Shown piece by piece: positions 18,847 through 23,539 of a DNA stretch of 23,539 bases (positions are counted from its first letter, which is position 1; each line of letters opens with the position of its first letter). Below the pieces are notes generated by a model. It did not search any database. It was not told the DNA's origin and saw nothing but the letters and a program-made list of their open reading frames with translations. The stretch comes from Dimargaris cristalligena (taxonomy: Eukaryota), in NCBI GenBank assembly GCA_003614675.1, contig ML002216.1, forward strand, positions 62,001 through 85,539, given 5' to 3'. The position numbers were made by a program, and so were the translations under genes.

Positions 18847-21800
18847 ATGGTCGATATCGCGCATTTTGAGGTGCGGTTTCCGGCCCACGCCGGTCCGCCC
18901 AAATGTAAACCAGGCGCTACTATCGTTGGTAAGTGAAAGTTTGGTTGACTTCAATCGCCCAAACCTCCGGGTTGGTCATATAGTGCGGTATAGTCGGATA
19001 ATCCATCCCCTGCGTAGTTCGAGGCTCGTCCTTCATTAGCTTAGTAACAGCTACGCCTCCTACTATTCGCTGCTCCTTTCCGCTAACTTGGGAGTGGGAG
19101 GAGAGTGGCGCTAGTGACTGTCGAGAATAGGTGGACTCGTTCCCATTATTTTCCTATTAGTTTTACCCAATGAGCTAACCTGGCCCATTCCTGTGACTGC
19201 TTCACACACCACTTTACCCTCTATACCTTATATTTCCCCTCCACCCCACTAAGGCGCCGTTCTCTTGAACTGTAAACAGCCCATCGCGGTGAGTTCGCTA
19301 CTCCTATCCTTTAAAGGGGAGGAAACGGTCTCCGTGACTGTCGACGATGCCCCCATCCAGGCCGAAGACAGTCAGGCTGTCGCAGCCCCGCCCTTCCACC
19401 GGGTGTATTTCCATGCCCAAGAACAGCTCCTGGGGGCTATGGAGGACGTGAGCCACACCGTCGTCGACGCAGGTGTCCGGCTGTTCCATTTTTCGTGCAC
19501 CATGCCCCCCATTAACTTCCCTGTCCCGGCCGAAAGCAGCCGGGCCTCGTACTTCCCCTGCCCCGCTTACGAAATTAAGTACACCATGGAGGCCAACCTT
19601 ACGCTCCATAGCGGTGAGGAGATTCACACCGAGCCCGTTACCATTCACCCCGAGCCCATTGTCTGGCCCGCCCATCTGGAGCCCCAGCTCATTGGCCAGC
19701 CCTTGACCCTGCGTGAAGGGGCCTACGATCGCAACCGACTTACCTACCACCTTGAGGCCAGTCTCAACCGCTCCGCCTACTGTCCCGGGGATAATATGGA
19801 TATCACCATCAGTATTAAACCCGTCGCCAAAAACATGCTGCCCCACATGGGCGAAGTGGATCTGCGGGAACGCTGTGAGTGCCACCTTAAGCCTCCCCTT
19901 GAGCGCACCCCAGCTGACGAACCAGTGTGGACCCGGACCAAAGTGGTGCGGCGCCAGCCCCTTGAGTTTACCCGAATCTCCTCGGGCTCCGCGATTAGCT
20001 ACAAGTCGGTTATGCAGCTGAAAATCCCCGACACCGCCTGCCCCGTCACTGGTGTCCACAGCGAGTGGACCTACACTTGCAACGTCACCCTATTTGAAAA
20101 CCAGGGCGGGCGTATGGTTCAGTCCATTGCCATCTTCCCTATCAATATGGCCTCCGGACTGCCCAATTTATCGTCGACCAGCATTGGGTCCGAGGTTAGC
20201 CGCACCTTTCCTGTGACCAAGTCGTTCCCCAAGCACGAACTGCAGCCCATCGGTATCAGCAAGGTCATCTCCGAGCCCGGCGAGGCCCTGCGTCACCCGG
20301 TCATTAGAGCCATTAAGGAAGATACCAACCGACTGCCCCCCGTCTCACCCGGTCTGGTGCAGGGTAGTAAACCCGCAATGAGCTTCCTCAATAGCAGCAT
20401 CGCCACTGATGGCCCACCTTCCGGCCTCATCATTCGCAATGTCAGCCCCATCGAAGACACTACGACCACGGAGAACTCCGCTTTTCAACGGCAGGGAGTC
20501 AGCCAAGGTACCCCCTCGGTATTCACGATTGTGCGCCCGCGCCAGTATCCAGCCACGATGTCCGCTGAGAAAATCGACGCCCGCATTAAGGCCCGCGCTC
20601 AGCGCAGTGCCCGGTACAAGACCTGTATTATTGGCGCCTCCCGGACCCGGTCGAATATGCTGGAAGCCTCTCGACTATTGGAGGTGGATGTCGGCGAGAG
20701 CTTCGAAAACCTCATCTTTCATCGCGGGGATGATGGTCAACAGGGCGACGACGACTTCCTGAACGATGAACTAGTGGGCCCTTTCTCACCACTCTCTACC
20801 TTCAACGGCGAAGACGACAACACCGATGGTGAGCCACACTTGACCGAAGACGAAAAAATCAAGGCCTACTTAAAGACCCTGACCTTCATGCAGCCCAAGT
20901 CGGACTCTTTCTTGGGGTCACCCATGGAGTCGGCCACCCCCGCTCTCACCAAGAAGCCCTCCCTACGTCAACGTACCTTTCGCCACCGGACTTGTGTGAT
21001 CACGCCCAGCGGTAAATACGAGACTGAAAAACCCCTCCGGGCCCAAACGGAACTCATACAATCACCCACGGGCGACAATTGGTGGACCCTAGCCGACCTA
21101 CAGGCGAATCAAGGTGCCTATGCCTCTTCCGACCGGGGCTTAGCGAGTCAACTTTCGTACGACAACGCCACCTTTGTCGGAGCTGGATCGGACTACCAGA
21201 TGGCGGATGAAGACCCCACTGGCTCGCCCGACCCTGAGGGGATTAGGGAACTGCAGCGTGAACTGGAAGACATCTTGCTGAAGCCCCAGGTGGATCCCGT
21301 CAACTTTACGTCCTCCTTTGCCCAGACGGACGGTAAGAAAGGTGACAATAAATGGGAACCAAGCAACCCTATGCCCCCCAACAAAACCCATTTAGCCAAT
21401 ATGAATTTACATATGATGACCATGGCTCCGATGCCTACGACGGTGAACATCTACAAGGCCACCGATAATGTCTTAGAGACGGCCTATGAGCGGGACCCGA
21501 CCCTATTCGCCCCGATCTGGATGCCCACCGACCTGGACAATAAGAAGAAAAATAAAACCATCCGCAACTTGACCCAGTTCACTGAGGCACCCGTCCCACC
21601 TCCACGCCCACACGCCCAGCTTGAAATGCAGCCCAACTCGCAACCACAGGGGGGTCAGCGCCCCCAATGGCCTGCCCATACCCCTTACCCAGGCCAACAG
21701 TCGCCCATATCCAATACCCAATGGGAATTCGTTATTCTGGAGCCTCTGCCTTTCCAAGATTCCCGACAGCCCGTCAAAAGCTGCCTACAGCGGTATGCGA

Positions 21801-22513
21801 CCACGGAGGGCCAGCCTAAAAAGCACGTCCAGTTCTCCAACATTATCGGCATCATCGACTCCGAACTGTCGTGTATGAGCGAGTTCAGTCCCCCTAAGAG
21901 TGTTCTCGCTCCCGGACCGGAACCTCGTGGCCAGTACCCGGAAGACCGGACTCGTGTGATGCATTTGGCCGCCCAGTACCAGTCGTTGGTACAAAGCCAA
22001 GCTCAACCGACCCGGCCGCCCTCAACCCCATCGCCACCTCCTCCGCCACCTGCGGCCCCTTCGAGTCCCGCTGAGGCACCGGAGGAATTACATACCTTCC
22101 CTACTACTCCAGTGCCGACCGAAGAAAACCCGAGGGTGGAGTCCACTCGATTGAGCGAGGGCTTCTACTCCTTCTACGAAGGGATGGACGAAGACGATTT
22201 TGAAGATATTACCTCCGACGATGAGAATATGCTATCCCTATCGATGGCCCCGCCGTCCGATGACCAAAAGCGGCCCATGTACGCCTATCCGCGGGAGACC
22301 CCCTTGAGTCCGGGCCACCCCACTGTGGATGCCCCCATGACCGGTGAACAGGACGCTTACCTGTTCCTACGGCCCAACGAAGTCGATAATAAGGCCAATG
22401 AGGTGGCGGATATGATCCAAATGTACCTGACCACACCGGAAATGGCCGTTAAAAAGGCCAAGCGCCTAACGGCCGACTTGGCAAGCGAATACCCCGAATA
22501 CCGTCGCTTTTAG
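18847..22513 (+). CDS. Arrestin-domain protein with ~800-aa disordered C-terminal tail (~1113 aa)
   Basis: Exon 1 18847-18928 (MVDIAHFEVRFPAHAGPPKCKPGATIV-G), intron GTAAGT...TAAG, exon 2 19254-22513, in frame with the 1082-aa track ORF. Arrestin_N-like motifs (PGATIVGAVLL...LSFKGEE, GVRLFHFSCTMP, EIKYTMEANL) and Arrestin_C-like motif (LNRSAYCPGDNMDITISI). The tail is Pro/Ser/acidic-rich. Confidence 0.88.
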
Positions 22514-23539
22514 ACTAGTCGGGGCTATTGGGGACCGGTCGTCTTTCATGACCCTCGGTATTTACTATATATACTTTCCTGTGTGGCCTAGTTTCCCCAT
22601 CACGGCCAGTTCTATCCCGTGTACTATATATACCCCCTTCGAATTTATGGCGCCTATACGGGTCCTGGCGTCCTATTACTATATTTTTTTATTATGTACA
22701 TTACGACCTGCCATCTTTTTGTATACCATGGTCTACCTAATCATAGTCTGATTGCTCGACATGGCTGTCCATGTAATTTTATTATCCAAAACGTTGTTTA
22801 TATTTAACACCCTCCCCCAAAAGAAACCTGTATGATTCAGTAACAATCCTGGCAATGTTGAAAAATTCACATTAGCTTCACCTTGCCACCGGATCCCCGC
22901 TGTATGTTGTATGTTTATATGTATATTTCTGTATAAAGGTCTATTCACTAAATTATTTGGTTGGCGGTGCTACCAGTGGTCTGGACTGGGCCTATGCCTG
23001 CGTACACTACCCTTATCTCGCAGTCTTTACTGATAGTTCATTGGCAAAAACATGTTTTTGGCGGATCGAATGAGCTGGGGCTTAAACAGTGCACCATAAA
23101 CCGGTTCAATGATTCGAATATCTCTTAATTGATATGATTTTTTTCCTCCACCTGAGTTAGCAAAGGTTGGCTTGCAAAATCCGAATATTATATCACAGCT
23201 TGTCCTGACTGGGGTGTAAGGTCCATTGATAAATAGATATTTCTTAGTGAAGTCGCACACTGCCTTAGTGATTAAAACCCTCACATTGCCCTAGGATGTG
23301 AGTGCGTTTTATTTTTTTTGCTTTCTCCTGAGGGCACAGTGTGCCTTCAATCAAAATCAGCATCTACCCACTCATCCGATCCCTGCAGGCTTCTCAGTCG
23401 CCACACACTAGCCACCCTGAGTAGCCCAATCTGTCGCTCAGTCATGCTCACTCACTTACTCATGACCCCCTCACCCTCCTATTTCCACGGTATTGGTCCA
23501 CCGAGGGAGAATATATATAGAGGACCAAAAGCGAATCAT

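Noticed and set aside
19304..22436. Nested ORFs within the arrestin gene, including the 251-aa minus ORF
   Set aside because: Antisense or alternate-frame artefacts of biased codon usage.
23027..23459. 85-aa minus ORF after a TAG acceptor-like site, with a GTAAGT donor at 23459 and a 16-bp palindrome CAAAAACATGTTTTTG at 23045-23060
   Set aside because: The putative upstream exon has stops in all three frames and the peptide is unrecognisable. A terminal exon of a gene beyond the window cannot be fully excluded.
1..23539. tRNA, rRNA, spliceosomal snRNA, transposon, CRISPR or prokaryotic defence system
   Set aside because: GTTCGA hits lack cloverleaf context. No transposase/RT ORF, terminal repeats or repeat-spacer array was seen, and the DNA is clearly intron-containing eukaryotic sequence.

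Overview
Eukaryotic genomic DNA with spliceosomal GT-AG introns and CTAAC-type branch points. Gene content and style suggest a fungus, probably an early-diverging lineage (inference). Six protein-coding genes are supported. (1) A Caprin-like, Pro/Tyr/Gln-rich RGG protein on the minus strand that runs off the left edge and is absent from the ORF track. (2) ARV1, 5 exons, minus. (3) Cytosolic ribosomal protein eL42 (RPL42/L44), 4 exons, minus. (4) Mitochondrial ribosomal protein bL34m, 2 exons, plus, divergent from RPL42. (5) An intronless 7-TM class-C-like GPCR. (6) A 1113-aa arrestin-fold protein with a long disordered tail. Most other short ORFs in the track look spurious. The most interesting non-coding signals are a dense cluster of Myb/MSA-type AACGG sites with CCAAT and CHR-like motifs in front of the arrestin gene's ~900-nt AUG-free leader, and a microsatellite-derived long-range stem in RPL42 intron 1. 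No tRNA, rRNA, transposon or CRISPR was recognised. All calls are by eye, without database searches.
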